Of a stretch of DNA of 64,000 nt, positions 28,724-38,338 are shown piece after piece. Each line of letters starts with the position of its first letter. Position 1 is the first letter of the stretch. The position numbers and the translations under genes were made by a program. Source of the DNA: Candidatus Anderseniibacteriota bacterium. Its GTDB lineage: Bacteria; Patescibacteriota; Andersenbacteria; UBA10190. The DNA is taken from the NCBI GenBank assembly GCA_021414205.1, contig JAIOOW010000002.1, forward strand, positions 404,171 to 468,170, read 5' to 3'. The notes beneath the pieces are model-generated. The model was not told where the DNA came from. It saw nothing but the letters and a program-made list of their open reading frames with translations, and searched no databases.

Positions 28724-30136
28724 TTACTTGTATTCCTTCCCGTACGTTTCTTGGATATACCGAATCGTTCCGCCTAAGCCTTGGATCGTCGTCCAATCAC
28801 CATGGTCAATTCTTGCATACCAGTATGCTTTTGCGGTATCGCTTGGGTCATGGTGCCATACGAAATAGAACAAATATGGGAACCACTTACTCTTCAGAAC
28901 ACTCGCAGAAAGCGCTGCGGTTCGCGATGTAATCGCAGGACGAACACCTGTAGTATGAGCTTTCGTCATCGCAGCAACTAGGCCGTCTTTTGTTCCAACT
29001 TCGCCTTTATAAATATAGTCTACCCAAAATGCGTTTTCGCTCGCAGACGGCTCCCGATCATATATCGGCAAGAATAAATCATTAACCTGGCCGATCAACG
29101 CTGCAGCAGCCGGATGCAGTTCAGGATATTTAGAAGTAGTAGAAATCGTTGTCGTTGTCGGAACAGGAAGTTTTGCAGTCGAAGCAACAACATTCTTAAA
29201 TGCAGCAACAGGCACTCCCGTAGCGTACGTTTTCAAGAACTGCGGATACACCGTCAAAATATATTTATTCGGATATCCAAGCGACGTAAGTATTTGCGGA
29301 TTTACAATATGACGAAGTTTCCCTTGCTCTACTACAGACACTGCGCCGCTTAACGCAACCATCCAACCATCATCATACTTATCGATATTTGCCCCTCGGA
29401 CATATTTCGCCAATTCCGTCGCGGTGACTGGCATAATTTGCCCAGACCAAGGATATCCTTGTGTTTCATATAAATAATCTTGCAAATATAATCGCTTTAC
29501 TAAATTACCTTTCGAATCCTGCTCAATCCTCCAAATTGTTCCGCCATGATACGCCCCGTAGTACATAACCGTTCCGCCCGGATGCACATCTGTTCGCGTA
29601 ATCGCTGCACCCACTGCAAATTCTGCAAGATGCGCAAATGATGTCGGGTACAAGTTTCTCGATGGATACAAGAGCGCCTTTCGAACTGCTTGGCTCATTG
29701 GTCGCTTGCGCAACTTATCGTCAATAAAATACTGCGTGCCATCAGGAGCCTGTAGAATCTTTCCGATGTAATACGGGTTTACGGACTTCGTAACGGTGTA
29801 TCGGTTCATGTCAGTCTGAGATATCACCGTAATCACGTCCGCTTTAAAGTAATGTGCTTCTTTAAACCACACCTCTAAAATATGCGGCAATATCATACTG
29901 CGAGTTCCATCTTTTATGTAATATACCGCGGGATTGGTCGCCGTTTTTACCAGCGTTCCATTCGGCAAGAAATTCGGATTTAAGCTTGATGGATAATATG
30001 CCGGGTCAGCACTAAATCCCGGCGGATACGTAGCTGCGCTAGCAGAAGCCGCGCTGCTACCGACTAGCAAAACAGTTGCTAGTAAGAGAAAATGTTTTGT
30101 ATGCATACATATAAGTATACCGCTCCCCTGTTGCAT
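28724..30136 (-). CDS. secreted repeat protein with C-terminal DUF4214-like module
   Basis: Signal peptide (start probably MHTKHF about 30106); repeated Y-I-D-G-x-x-R/K motifs; C-terminal DREPSASENAFWVDYIYKG.. Confidence 0.5.
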   Translation of the reverse strand: MQQGSGILICMHTKHFLLLATVLLVGSSAASASAATYPPGFSADPAYYPSSLNPNFLPNGTLVKTATNPAVYYIKDGTRSMILPHILEVWFKEAHYFKADVITVISQTDMNRYTVTKSVNPYYIGKILQAPDGTQYFIDDKLRKRPMSQAVRKALLYPSRNLYPTSFAHLAEFAVGAAITRTDVHPGGTVMYYGAYHGGTIWRIEQDSKGNLVKRLYLQDYLYETQGYPWSGQIMPVTATELAKYVRGANIDKYDDGWMVALSGAVSVVEQGKLRHIVNPQILTSLGYPNKYILTVYPQFLKTYATGVPVAAFKNVVASTAKLPVPTTTTISTTSKYPELHPAAAALIGQVNDLFLPIYDREPSASENAFWVDYIYKGEVGTKDGLVAAMTKAHTTGVRPAITSRTAALSASVLKSKWFPYLFYFVWHHDPSDTAKAYWYARIDHGDWTTIQGLGGTIRYIQETYGKEYK

Positions 30137-30168
30137 CTACCACAGTGTCTGTATAGTAGATATGTACT

Positions 30169-30978
30169 ATGCGTGCACGCTCAAAGAGTATATTAATCGG
30201 AAGCATTGCTGTTATCGTTATAGCAATAGGTGCTTTTGCATGGATGAAGCGTGTCGACATTCAACGCTCTATAGAACAATCCACTCTGCCAACTGCTATT
30301 CCGTATCAACCTTCTAGCCCGTCACCAACCCCGGTAAAGCAGACGCATACCTCAACGCCATTAACTCCTCCACCAGCTGACGGATCAACTCCAGTTCCCG
30401 CAAACATTCCGCCTCAAGCAAATCTGGCCGTTCCGTTCACCGTGCAAGCCCCGAACGCAAACTGGGGCGAACCGTATCAAAATTTCTGCGAAGAAGCATC
30501 CGTATTAATGGCAATAAGCTATGTAAAAAATATGACTATTCCCAATCCTGCGTTTGCGGATCAAGCATTGCTTGCCATTAAAGCGTTTGAAGATAAGCGA
30601 TTTAATGACTACAAAGATACGACGATAGCTCAAACGGCAATTATTTTTAAAGAATATTATAAATATAACAACATCCAAATTCTACAGAACCCCAGCATTC
30701 AAGATATCAAGAATGCAATCGCCGCGAAAAAATTGGTTATTGCGCCTGCGGCTGGACAAGATCTTAAAAACCCCTATTTCCAACAGCCGGGACCGATCTA
30801 TCATATGCTTATCATCAAAGGATACACGGCGGACAATAAATTTATTACCAATGACCCGGGCACCCGGCATGGTGCAGACTTTCTATACAGCCAAGAAACT
30901 ATTATGAATGCCATGCACGACTGGCGTGCTGATGGAAATATCGAGCTCGGCGGTAAAGTAGTCCTGATTGTCGGCTAA
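30169..30978 (+). CDS. membrane-anchored C39-like peptidase domain protein (tentative)
   Basis: TM anchor, Pro-rich linker, domain with QAPNANWGEPYQNFCEEASVLMA (candidate catalytic Cys) and downstream His. Confidence 0.45.
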   Translation: MRARSKSILIGSIAVIVIAIGAFAWMKRVDIQRSIEQSTLPTAIPYQPSSPSPTPVKQTHTSTPLTPPPADGSTPVPANIPPQANLAVPFTVQAPNANWGEPYQNFCEEASVLMAISYVKNMTIPNPAFADQALLAIKAFEDKRFNDYKDTTIAQTAIIFKEYYKYNNIQILQNPSIQDIKNAIAAKKLVIAPAAGQDLKNPYFQQPGPIYHMLIIKGYTADNKFITNDPGTRHGADFLYSQETIMNAMHDWRADGNIELGGKVVLIVG

Positions 30979-32285
30979 TCAGCAGCCTTTCTCAGAAACA
31001 GCAGCCACAGGCCGGCAGTTTTTACAAAACTTCCTAGGAAAAAACCTAACGGGAGCGCAACAATCCCAATCTTGCCCATCAGCATATATGCACTCGTACC
31101 AGCAATACCTAATCCTATGACGCTAAAAATGACCGGGGTAATAGTGTTTTGCGTTGAGTAAAAAGCACGTGCGAATAAATGACTGAGCGATTCTGTAGGA
31201 ATAGACAAACAAAACATTCCAAGCGTCAGCGCCGTACGAGCAACTGCATCGCCACCGAACGAACCTCCTCCGAGTAATAACGCGATGATCTGGTAGCGAA
31301 CTGAATACATGACAAGCGCAGCAACGCAGCTTAATAATAAAATAACCCAAGCGGTGCGGTTCAGCAGCGCTCGCAAATCTTGCGCAGATTTCAGTCGCGC
31401 TTCCGCTAACGCAGGAAATACAGCTGTAGACATTGCAATGCCGATCATACTGACTGGTACGCTCTGAAAATTACGGGCAAAATTGAGCGCCGTAATAGAT
31501 CCTACGGACAGCAGTGAAGCGAGTGTCGTAAATAACCAGAACGTCACCAAGTCTACCGGGTGCCCCACCATCTTCGGCACCATCAAGCGCAACGTCTGCT
31601 TCATTTCTTCCGTATGCCACCATGTGGGCGCAGCTTTAAATTTCCAGCCACCACGTACCGCATCGGCACATCGCACAATCATATGCAAAAACGCGCCAAA
31701 TACCGTACCGTACGCCACCCCCATAATTCCAAATCTTGGCGCTAATACTAAGGCACCACCAACAATACCCAAGTTATACAACATAGGAGATACTCCATAA
31801 AACAAAAACTTCTTCTGAGCGACCAGCATTGCACCAAATGCATTGGATGCCGCAAATAATATAGAGGATACTGCCAGCACCCGCATCATCTGCGCCACAA
31901 GCACATGCGCATGGGCACCTAAGCCAGGTGCAACCAAACTGCTTAGTTGCGGAGCGAATACGAACAAAATAATCGCAACGGCGATCATTGTTCCCACTGC
32001 GGCGCTCAGCAGCGAGTTCATATATTCATATGCATGCGCATGGCTCTTTTTATATAGCTGGGTAAAGAGAGGCACTGCTGCAGCAGCAATACCGCTTGCA
32101 ACCAACACGTTGAATATAAAATCCGGAACTAAAAAAGCAGCATAATAGCTATCTAATTGAGACGACGCCCCAAACGCATGCGCCAACACCCGATCACGTA
32201 GCAATCCTAATACATACGACCCCAGCGTCGTAATCCATAGAATAACACTCCCCTTCGGAATAAACCGAGAAATATCAAACCGCAT
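30975..32285 (-). CDS. murJ: MurJ/MviN-family lipid II flippase-like membrane protein
   Basis: 436-aa polytopic protein, N-terminal block RDRVLAHAFGASSQLDSYYAAFLVPDFIFNV typical of MurJ. Confidence 0.65.
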   Translation of the reverse strand: MRFDISRFIPKGSVILWITTLGSYVLGLLRDRVLAHAFGASSQLDSYYAAFLVPDFIFNVLVASGIAAAAVPLFTQLYKKSHAHAYEYMNSLLSAAVGTMIAVAIILFVFAPQLSSLVAPGLGAHAHVLVAQMMRVLAVSSILFAASNAFGAMLVAQKKFLFYGVSPMLYNLGIVGGALVLAPRFGIMGVAYGTVFGAFLHMIVRCADAVRGGWKFKAAPTWWHTEEMKQTLRLMVPKMVGHPVDLVTFWLFTTLASLLSVGSITALNFARNFQSVPVSMIGIAMSTAVFPALAEARLKSAQDLRALLNRTAWVILLLSCVAALVMYSVRYQIIALLLGGGSFGGDAVARTALTLGMFCLSIPTESLSHLFARAFYSTQNTITPVIFSVIGLGIAGTSAYMLMGKIGIVALPLGFFLGSFVKTAGLWLLFLRKAAD

Positions 32286-32378
32286 ATACTAAGCAGTATA
32301 CGCCTTGCAATAAAAAACCGCCGTGCATCATTCAAGAAAACACAGGCGGTGGTGCACAATACATATTGCGCGAAGTAC

Positions 32379-33116
32379 CTACGAAGCAACTGCGTCAAGT
32401 TCGGCTGAGGCCGGCTCGACACTGGAAGCAGGGGCGGAAACCGCTAAAGCAACCTCGTATTCCAAGAATTGCTCTGGACGATCTCGATATAAGACAGCCA
32501 TTTTCTTGAGCGTGCGAACGCGCACACTGTGATTCTGGCTTTCCAGTATCGGGTCCTGAAATTCCGAACCAAGCATGCTCAGCAGTGTCTGCTTACGAAC
32601 AATCATCATGCGCACCTTCCTTGTGCGCACATCTGGATCTTTCTCGCACGTAAGAGCGAGAACGTATTTCTCCTGAACCGTCGGAAGCCCGAGGTCAAAA
32701 TGAAATAACCCGGTCGAAGGAATTAGGCTGGCTAATTCATTGAGCGCGCAATTTAACACAATCCAGTGAATACTCTCCGGCAATCGAATAAATGGATCAT
32801 CGATCGTCGTCTGTTTAGCAGCCTTGATCAGCGCGTTCACTGCCGCACTATTTTGCAAGACCACCTCGCCCGCGTCCATTTCATCGAGAGTCCGAATGCG
32901 CAATTTTCCATCGCGCAGAATATTGAGGCTAAAGTGGAATCGACGATAAAACGTTCGATTGCGTAAGTCAACCCATGCGCGATACCCACCCCACAAAGCC
33001 ATGAGTATCATCACCCCAAGTGTCACCAAAGCCTTCGCCCAGTGATCCAACACCAGCTCATGAATAGCTCCATAAAACTGCTCAAAAACATTCATCGAGG
33101 CACTCGTCCTTTCCAA
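32379..33116 (-). CDS. hypothetical membrane-anchored protein
   Basis: N-terminal TM then unrecognised soluble domain. Confidence 0.45.
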   Translation of the reverse strand: MERTSASMNVFEQFYGAIHELVLDHWAKALVTLGVMILMALWGGYRAWVDLRNRTFYRRFHFSLNILRDGKLRIRTLDEMDAGEVVLQNSAAVNALIKAAKQTTIDDPFIRLPESIHWIVLNCALNELASLIPSTGLFHFDLGLPTVQEKYVLALTCEKDPDVRTRKVRMMIVRKQTLLSMLGSEFQDPILESQNHSVRVRTLKKMAVLYRDRPEQFLEYEVALAVSAPASSVEPASAELDAVAS

Positions 33117-33189
33117 ATTTTGAAGGTCAGTATAAAAAATCCGTATATTGCTTATATATAAATATACAAGTTATGTCAAGAACCTCGCA

Positions 33190-33594
33190 CTACCCCAAAT
33201 ACTCCTCAATCTTTTCAATATCCGCATCGTGCTTCGGTCGATTATACGCTTTTTTAAATTGAATAATATCCTCTAGGGATGCAAAAGGAATATCTTGTAT
33301 TATATCCGCGCGACTCATGAGCTCTTGAAACGTCGGGTGAAATTCCCCTGCATTTACATCGAGATACAACTCAACTATTCCTTTCTTTAAATATATCTGC
33401 CCTTCCTTCCCAGGATACGTCCACGGCATCTGCTCCCAACCCTTTTGACTACATTTTTCAAACAATTCCGGAGTAACGACGATATCAATATCGTGCGAAT
33501 CCTTTAAGCCACGTACGGCCATCGGACCGCTCCCCACGACAATATATTGCTCAGTAGAAAAGTTCAGGTTTTGAATTTCTTGAATGATATTCAT
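33190..33594 (-). CDS. minimal nucleotidyltransferase (Pol-beta superfamily) protein
   Basis: VVGSGPMAVRGLKDSHDIDIVV matches GS-x(9-13)-DxD NTase motif; 134 aa. Confidence 0.5.
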   Translation of the reverse strand: MNIIQEIQNLNFSTEQYIVVGSGPMAVRGLKDSHDIDIVVTPELFEKCSQKGWEQMPWTYPGKEGQIYLKKGIVELYLDVNAGEFHPTFQELMSRADIIQDIPFASLEDIIQFKKAYNRPKHDADIEKIEEYLG

Positions 33595-34268
33595 GAAACA
33601 TGCCGTAAAATTATCTCCTGAATCTCATCCCACGCTTGATGATACACTGCTTTTTTCTGCTGATCACTGCTATCGTCCGACACATTATTCCACGCTTTCA
33701 GCCATACAAGTCGCTCATTTTTTAACTCATCCCATTTCTTCGTAGCATGAAATCCATAAAGCGATGGAAACGGAATCAAGATCGTTTTAATATCCTCATG
33801 CTTCGCAAGCTCTGAAATTTCTCTGTAACTATCATCAATATAATAATCGATGCCAAAATCAAGAATCGGCTGAATTTTGTTCTGTAAATTATTCATCGAC
33901 AGTTCAATATACTGGATATCTGGTAAATGTTTGCGAATCGCTCGTTCCGTTGCTTCAAGCTGAGAACTTGCCCTCGCGGTAATTAAATAAATATCCGCAA
34001 TTCTTCCTATTTCCCGCAACGCGTCATGAGCGCCCTCAATTGGAAATTGCGCATCTTCTATCGCTTCAATATACACCCCCCAAGCTCGCGACATCACAGA
34101 AGAGTCCGACTGCCCCGTTGCCTGTTGCCATGAATGCGTTTGGGCATACACGGCATAGCTCGTATTCCATCCGAATTCTCGCGCACAAAAATCAAGATAG
34201 TGCTTCGGATCCATATCGATAAGCACGCCATCGATATCTACACCAACTTTAAGACGTTTACTGTTCAT
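33591..34268 (-). CDS. HAD-superfamily 5'(3')-deoxyribonucleotidase-like hydrolase
   Basis: Motif I VGVDIDGVL at N-terminus, length 225 aa; 4-bp overlap with both neighbours. Confidence 0.65.
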   Translation of the reverse strand: MNSKRLKVGVDIDGVLIDMDPKHYLDFCAREFGWNTSYAVYAQTHSWQQATGQSDSSVMSRAWGVYIEAIEDAQFPIEGAHDALREIGRIADIYLITARASSQLEATERAIRKHLPDIQYIELSMNNLQNKIQPILDFGIDYYIDDSYREISELAKHEDIKTILIPFPSLYGFHATKKWDELKNERLVWLKAWNNVSDDSSDQQKKAVYHQAWDEIQEIILRHVS

Positions 34269-34675
34269 ATAAAAAACTGTTCTAAAATCGGACGAATATC
34301 TTCGATCGTTTTATAATTCTTAACGTTCAATTTATTGTTCCCGCGAATCATTGCAGAAAGTGTTCGTTCCGTATTTTCTCGATAGAGGCACAATATTTTC
34401 TTCCCCATATCTTCCGCTCTGCCAATTTCATACCCCACCCCCAAGCTTGGCTGCGTCACTTCCGCAACAATAACGTCCGCCTGAGTAACCCATGCCATAT
34501 CTTGTTTGTAAATTTCAGCATGATTTTTCCCTGTACCTTCCACTGAACTAATTCCTGTGTTGCCAAAATGCTCTGTTAATACCATGCCAAAATCTTTTAG
34601 CGTCTCAATAATCTGCCTATATATGTCCTGATCGTCCCGCCCTCCCCGAATCGATGCTGCAAAATAGATATTCAT
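34265..34675 (-). CDS. nucleoside 2-deoxyribosyltransferase / DNPH1-like 2'-deoxynucleoside 5'-phosphate N-hydrolase
   Basis: MNIYFAASIRGGRDD and GVGYEIGRAED (catalytic Glu context) match NDT/DNPH1 family. Confidence 0.7.
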   Translation of the reverse strand: MNIYFAASIRGGRDDQDIYRQIIETLKDFGMVLTEHFGNTGISSVEGTGKNHAEIYKQDMAWVTQADVIVAEVTQPSLGVGYEIGRAEDMGKKILCLYRENTERTLSAMIRGNNKLNVKNYKTIEDIRPILEQFFI

Positions 34676-34676
34676 A

Positions 34677-34934
34677 TTATTTTTTAGGTAACTTCCCACC
34701 ACTTTTCAAACAGGCAGCAATATTCACATACGCCACAAACTTTTTTGTTTGGTTATAATACTTTGTTCCCTTAACATGGCATAAACTATTCACGCTCTTT
34801 TTTACGGCCGGATTCGCAGCAGACTTAGCCATGACAACCTTTTTCACAACCGGCGTGGATACTTTTGCCAAAACGGGTTGCTGAAATGTAATACCAAGAA
34901 GTAGAAATATTGCTAAAAATGGGAAGAGTTTCAT
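34677..34934 (-). CDS. small secreted Lys-rich protein
   Basis: Signal peptide MKLFPFLAIFLLLGITFQQPVLA, two Cys, basic C-terminus. Confidence 0.4.
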   Translation of the reverse strand: MKLFPFLAIFLLLGITFQQPVLAKVSTPVVKKVVMAKSAANPAVKKSVNSLCHVKGTKYYNQTKKFVAYVNIAACLKSGGKLPKK

Positions 34935-35000
34935 AGAGTCACAATACAATAAGCGTACGGTGAGGGTGATTATGTGGCAAGGCGCGTTCTTTGCTACCCA

Positions 35001-35025
35001 CCCCTATTTTCCGTACAGTATACAT
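35001..35025 (+). promoter_or_regulatory. conserved upstream element copy 1 (ATTTTCCGTACAGTA + 5 nt + ATG)
   Basis: Identical 15-mer also at 35673..35687 with identical spacing to the ychF start codon; TACAGT resembles a -10 box 6 nt before ATG. Confidence 0.4.
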
Positions 35026-35649
35026 ATGCAAACCGTTGCACATATTCCCAAAAGCCTCAAAACTACGCCTATTACCCAGCTCGAGGAGGAGGGTTCGTAT
35101 GAACTAGTATCTCTATCTAAGCTAGACCTGCTTAATCAACAGGCAAAATATATCCAGATTCGAGAATCACTATTTTTTACCATTAACCTCACTGGCTCCC
35201 ATTTTGAAGAATCCCGAATACGCCATGCACGATTTACAAACTGCAATTTTTCAAGCGTGACGTGCGAAGATGGCAGTATCGGAAACACAGAGTTTATCGA
35301 AAGCCGAATGACGGGCTTTACAGTATCGGATGCAACCCTCGAACATACGCTATTTAAAAACTGTAAATTAAACTTAGCAAATTTTCGTTTCGCGAATCTC
35401 AAAGACGTATTGTTCGAGAATTGCGATATTCAAGAAGCAGATTTTCTTGGCGCGAAACTAACCAGCGTCTATTTTCAAAACTGCAATCTTACCGGCGCGC
35501 AATTCGGGCGAACAAAGTTAAAGAAAACAGACTTCCGCACATCGATTATGCATGGAATAAAAATAGATGCCGACGCAATCAAAGGAGCTATTATCAGCAT
35601 CGAACAAGTCTACGATATTATCGGCGTGCTCGGGGTGGAGATAAAGTAG
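35026..35649 (+). CDS. pentapeptide-repeat protein
   Basis: Tandem A(D/N)LxF-type pentapeptides (ANFRFANLKDVLFENCDIQEADFLGAKLTSVYFQNCNLTGAQF); start chosen at ATG 35026 (track 34960). Confidence 0.75.
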   Translation: MQTVAHIPKSLKTTPITQLEEEGSYELVSLSKLDLLNQQAKYIQIRESLFFTINLTGSHFEESRIRHARFTNCNFSSVTCEDGSIGNTEFIESRMTGFTVSDATLEHTLFKNCKLNLANFRFANLKDVLFENCDIQEADFLGAKLTSVYFQNCNLTGAQFGRTKLKKTDFRTSIMHGIKIDADAIKGAIISIEQVYDIIGVLGVEIK

Positions 35650-35667
35650 CTTCATCTTTGACATCCA

Positions 35668-35692
35668 TACCCATTTTCCGTACAGTACGTGC
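35668..35692 (+). promoter_or_regulatory. conserved upstream element copy 2 (ATTTTCCGTACAGTA + 5 nt + ATG of ychF)
   Basis: See copy 1; flanking similarity extends to about 20 nt (tacccattttccgtacagta). Confidence 0.4.
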
Positions 35693-36757
35693 ATGTCATT
35701 AAAGATTGGAATTGTGGGCCTACCGAACGTTGGAAAATCAACGCTTTTTAATGCACTCACGAAACAGGCTGCGGCGGCGCGAAATGTACCATTTACCACC
35801 ATTGAACCGAACGTGGGCGTGGTGCCAGTGCCAGATGAACGAATGGAGAAGTTACGAGTATTATCTGAATCCGCAAAAGTTGTACCGACGACCATAGAAT
35901 TCGTAGACATTGCGGGCTTGGTAAAAGATGCACATAAAGGCGAAGGGCTTGGGAATAAGTTCTTGTCCCACATCCGAGAAGTAGACGCCATTGTGCATGT
36001 GGTGAGATTCTTTGCTGATGCAGATATTATTCACGTGGCAAACAAAGTAGACCCAACCGGAGACGCAGAAACTATTAATACCGAATTGGCATTAGCGGAT
36101 TTAGCAACGACGCAGAAATTAATTTCAAATGCAGAAAAAATTGCAAAAGGCCAAGGCGCAGATGCAAAAGAAGCTACGGCGCAACTTGCTGTACTTAAAA
36201 AAATTGAAGCAACGCTAGAACAAGGAAACCCTGCACGAGAAGTTGAACTTACGGAAAAAGAATTGGAACTAGTACAGACATCCGCCCTCCTTACAATGAA
36301 GCCGATGATGTACGTAGCAAATGTAAGCGAATCTCAACTCCACGATACGTTCCCAGAAAACTTCCTCCCGCTTTCTATTAAAATCGAGCAAGAAATTGCG
36401 CAAATGTCCCCCGAAGATCAAGAGATATTTTTAGCAGAATACGGACTTACGGAAACGGGCTTAAACAGATTAATTAAAGCAGGGTACGAATTACTCGGGC
36501 TCATTACATTCTTTACCACCGGCCCGCAAGAAACGCGCGCATGGACGGTGAAAAAAGGAAGCTTAGCGCCAGTCGCAGCCGGAGAAATTCATTCGGACAT
36601 GCAACGCGGATTTATTCGCGCAGAAACGGTTGCGTATACAGATCTTATTACCCTTGGCGGGTACGCAGCAGCCCGCGCTGCCGGCAAAGTCCGAGATGAG
36701 GGAAAAACGTACATCGTCCAAGACGGCGATATTTTCGTGTTTAAGTTCTCCGTATAG
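35693..36757 (+). CDS. ychF: redox-regulated ATPase YchF (Obg-like GTPase family)
   Basis: IGIVGLPNVGKSTLFNALT G1 motif, C-terminal TGS domain, 354 aa. Confidence 0.92.
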   Translation: MSLKIGIVGLPNVGKSTLFNALTKQAAAARNVPFTTIEPNVGVVPVPDERMEKLRVLSESAKVVPTTIEFVDIAGLVKDAHKGEGLGNKFLSHIREVDAIVHVVRFFADADIIHVANKVDPTGDAETINTELALADLATTQKLISNAEKIAKGQGADAKEATAQLAVLKKIEATLEQGNPAREVELTEKELELVQTSALLTMKPMMYVANVSESQLHDTFPENFLPLSIKIEQEIAQMSPEDQEIFLAEYGLTETGLNRLIKAGYELLGLITFFTTGPQETRAWTVKKGSLAPVAAGEIHSDMQRGFIRAETVAYTDLITLGGYAAARAAGKVRDEGKTYIVQDGDIFVFKFSV

Positions 36758-36830
36758 GCCATATTTGGCCTAAAACGAGCTTCTAGTATACCCGTTTGAC
36801 GTTTTTAGGCCTGTTTGCTACACTATTGCC

Positions 36831-37295
36831 ATGAAACAAAACCAGTACGAACTGACATATCTTATCGACCCGCGAACAAGCGAGGAGGCTAAAACGTCGC
36901 TTAATAGCGCCGTAGATGCGAAAATCTCTGAATATAAGGGCACTGTCACTCAGCCAGGCGATGCGCTTCGAAAAAAGCTTGCGTACAAGGTTGGTAAACA
37001 AGACTCTGCATTCATGCGTATCATGAACCTTGAAATGCCTACTGAAAACGTTCTTGAATTCACTACGTTCCTAAAGAAATCCGAGGGCGTACTACGGCTT
37101 ACTCTTCTTGCAACACCTGCACGAAAAAGAATTACTCCTGAAGTAATGGAAAAGCACGGGAAGAAAAAAGGTAAGGGCGGATTTGCAAAGCATGACAAGA
37201 AGAAAGATATCCCTGCTACGAAACCTGCGAAAGAAGTAACAATGCAAGACGTTGAAAAAGGAATCGAAGACGCACTAACAGAAGAGGTAAAATAG
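36831..37295 (+). CDS. rpsF: 30S ribosomal protein S6 with C-terminal Lys-rich extension
   Basis: [14 protein letters not shown].. S6 fold signature; gene order rpsF-ssb-rpsR. Confidence 0.88.
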   Translation: MKQNQYELTYLIDPRTSEEAKTSLNSAVDAKISEYKGTVTQPGDALRKKLAYKVGKQDSAFMRIMNLEMPTENVLEFTTFLKKSEGVLRLTLLATPARKRITPEVMEKHGKKKGKGGFAKHDKKKDIPATKPAKEVTMQDVEKGIEDALTEEVK

Positions 37296-37299
37296 ACAT

Positions 37300-37782
37300 A
37301 TGGATTTAAATAAAGTCATGATTATAGGCCGATTAACCCGAGATCCGGAAGCTCGAACGACCCCGCAAGGCACAGCAGTAACAAGTTTCTCAGTTGCAAC
37401 CGGACGAGTATGGAAGGACGCACAAGGTCAAAACCAAGAAAAAACAGAATTTCATAACATAGTTGCCTGGAGACGCTTAGCAGAAATCGCAGCACAGTAT
37501 TTAGCAAAAGGTCGCCAAGTATATATCGAAGGATCTCTACAAACACAAAGCTGGGACGATAAGACATCGGGCCAGAAGAGATACCGAACAGAAATCGTAG
37601 CAGAAAATATGATTATGCTTGGGAATAAGTCAGATAACGCAGCGCCAGCAATGTCACAAGGATCAGCAACATCATTTACACCAACACCATCAAGCCAACC
37701 CGTAGCACAAGAGCAGCAACAACAGGCGCCAGCAGGCCCAATCGCAGATGAAGAAATTAGAATCGAAGATATCCCATTTTAA
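37300..37782 (+). CDS. ssb: single-stranded DNA-binding protein
   Basis: OB-fold N-terminus [17 protein letters not shown], Gln/Pro-rich linker, acidic tail ending DIPF. Confidence 0.9.
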   Translation: MDLNKVMIIGRLTRDPEARTTPQGTAVTSFSVATGRVWKDAQGQNQEKTEFHNIVAWRRLAEIAAQYLAKGRQVYIEGSLQTQSWDDKTSGQKRYRTEIVAENMIMLGNKSDNAAPAMSQGSATSFTPTPSSQPVAQEQQQQAPAGPIADEEIRIEDIPF

Positions 37783-37788
37783 ATCACT

Positions 37789-38016
37789 ATGAATCCAAAA
37801 CAACAGCGAAAATATCCTACAGAATGCGTAATGTGCGCTGAAAAGCTGCAAGAGATTCCGATGCAAGACACGGAACTACTTCGCAAGTTCATGAGCGGAC
37901 AGAACAAGATTCTCCCTCGCCGAAAGACAGGCGCATGCGCAAAGCACCAGCGCGTCATCTCTCGCGAAATTAAGCGAGGACGAGACATGGGCATTTTGAG
38001 ATTCCGCGGACAATAA
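37789..38016 (+). CDS. rpsR: 30S ribosomal protein S18
   Basis: 75 aa, ..LLRKFMSGQNKILPRRKTGACAKHQRVISREIKRGRDMGIL. Confidence 0.9.
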   Translation: MNPKQQRKYPTECVMCAEKLQEIPMQDTELLRKFMSGQNKILPRRKTGACAKHQRVISREIKRGRDMGILRFRGQ

Positions 38017-38020
38017 GCCG

Positions 38021-38338
38021 GTGCAGAAACGAAAAAACTTTATCAGCATTAACACAGGCTTCCAGTGCGAAGCCTGTGGCTTTGTTGTACCCCCAGCAAC
38101 AAGCACATGTCGCAATCACTGCACCCAATGCCTCGCGTCAAAGCACGTAGATGATACCGTACCGGGCGACCGCGCGAGCGCATGCCGTGGCCTTATGGAT
38201 GCCATTGCCGTAGAAGGGTCAAACCCGGAAAAACTAGACCTTGTGCATGAATGCAGAATCTGCGGGAAAATTCAGAAAAACAAAGTGGCGCCCGACGATA
38301 GTCGTGACGCCATCTTTGGCTTAATGGGGAAATTGTAA
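38021..38338 (+). CDS. RNHCP-domain zinc-ribbon protein
   Basis: Literal CRNHCTQC motif plus paired CxxC (CEACG, CRICG); 105 aa. Confidence 0.55.
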   Translation: MQKRKNFISINTGFQCEACGFVVPPATSTCRNHCTQCLASKHVDDTVPGDRASACRGLMDAIAVEGSNPEKLDLVHECRICGKIQKNKVAPDDSRDAIFGLMGKL

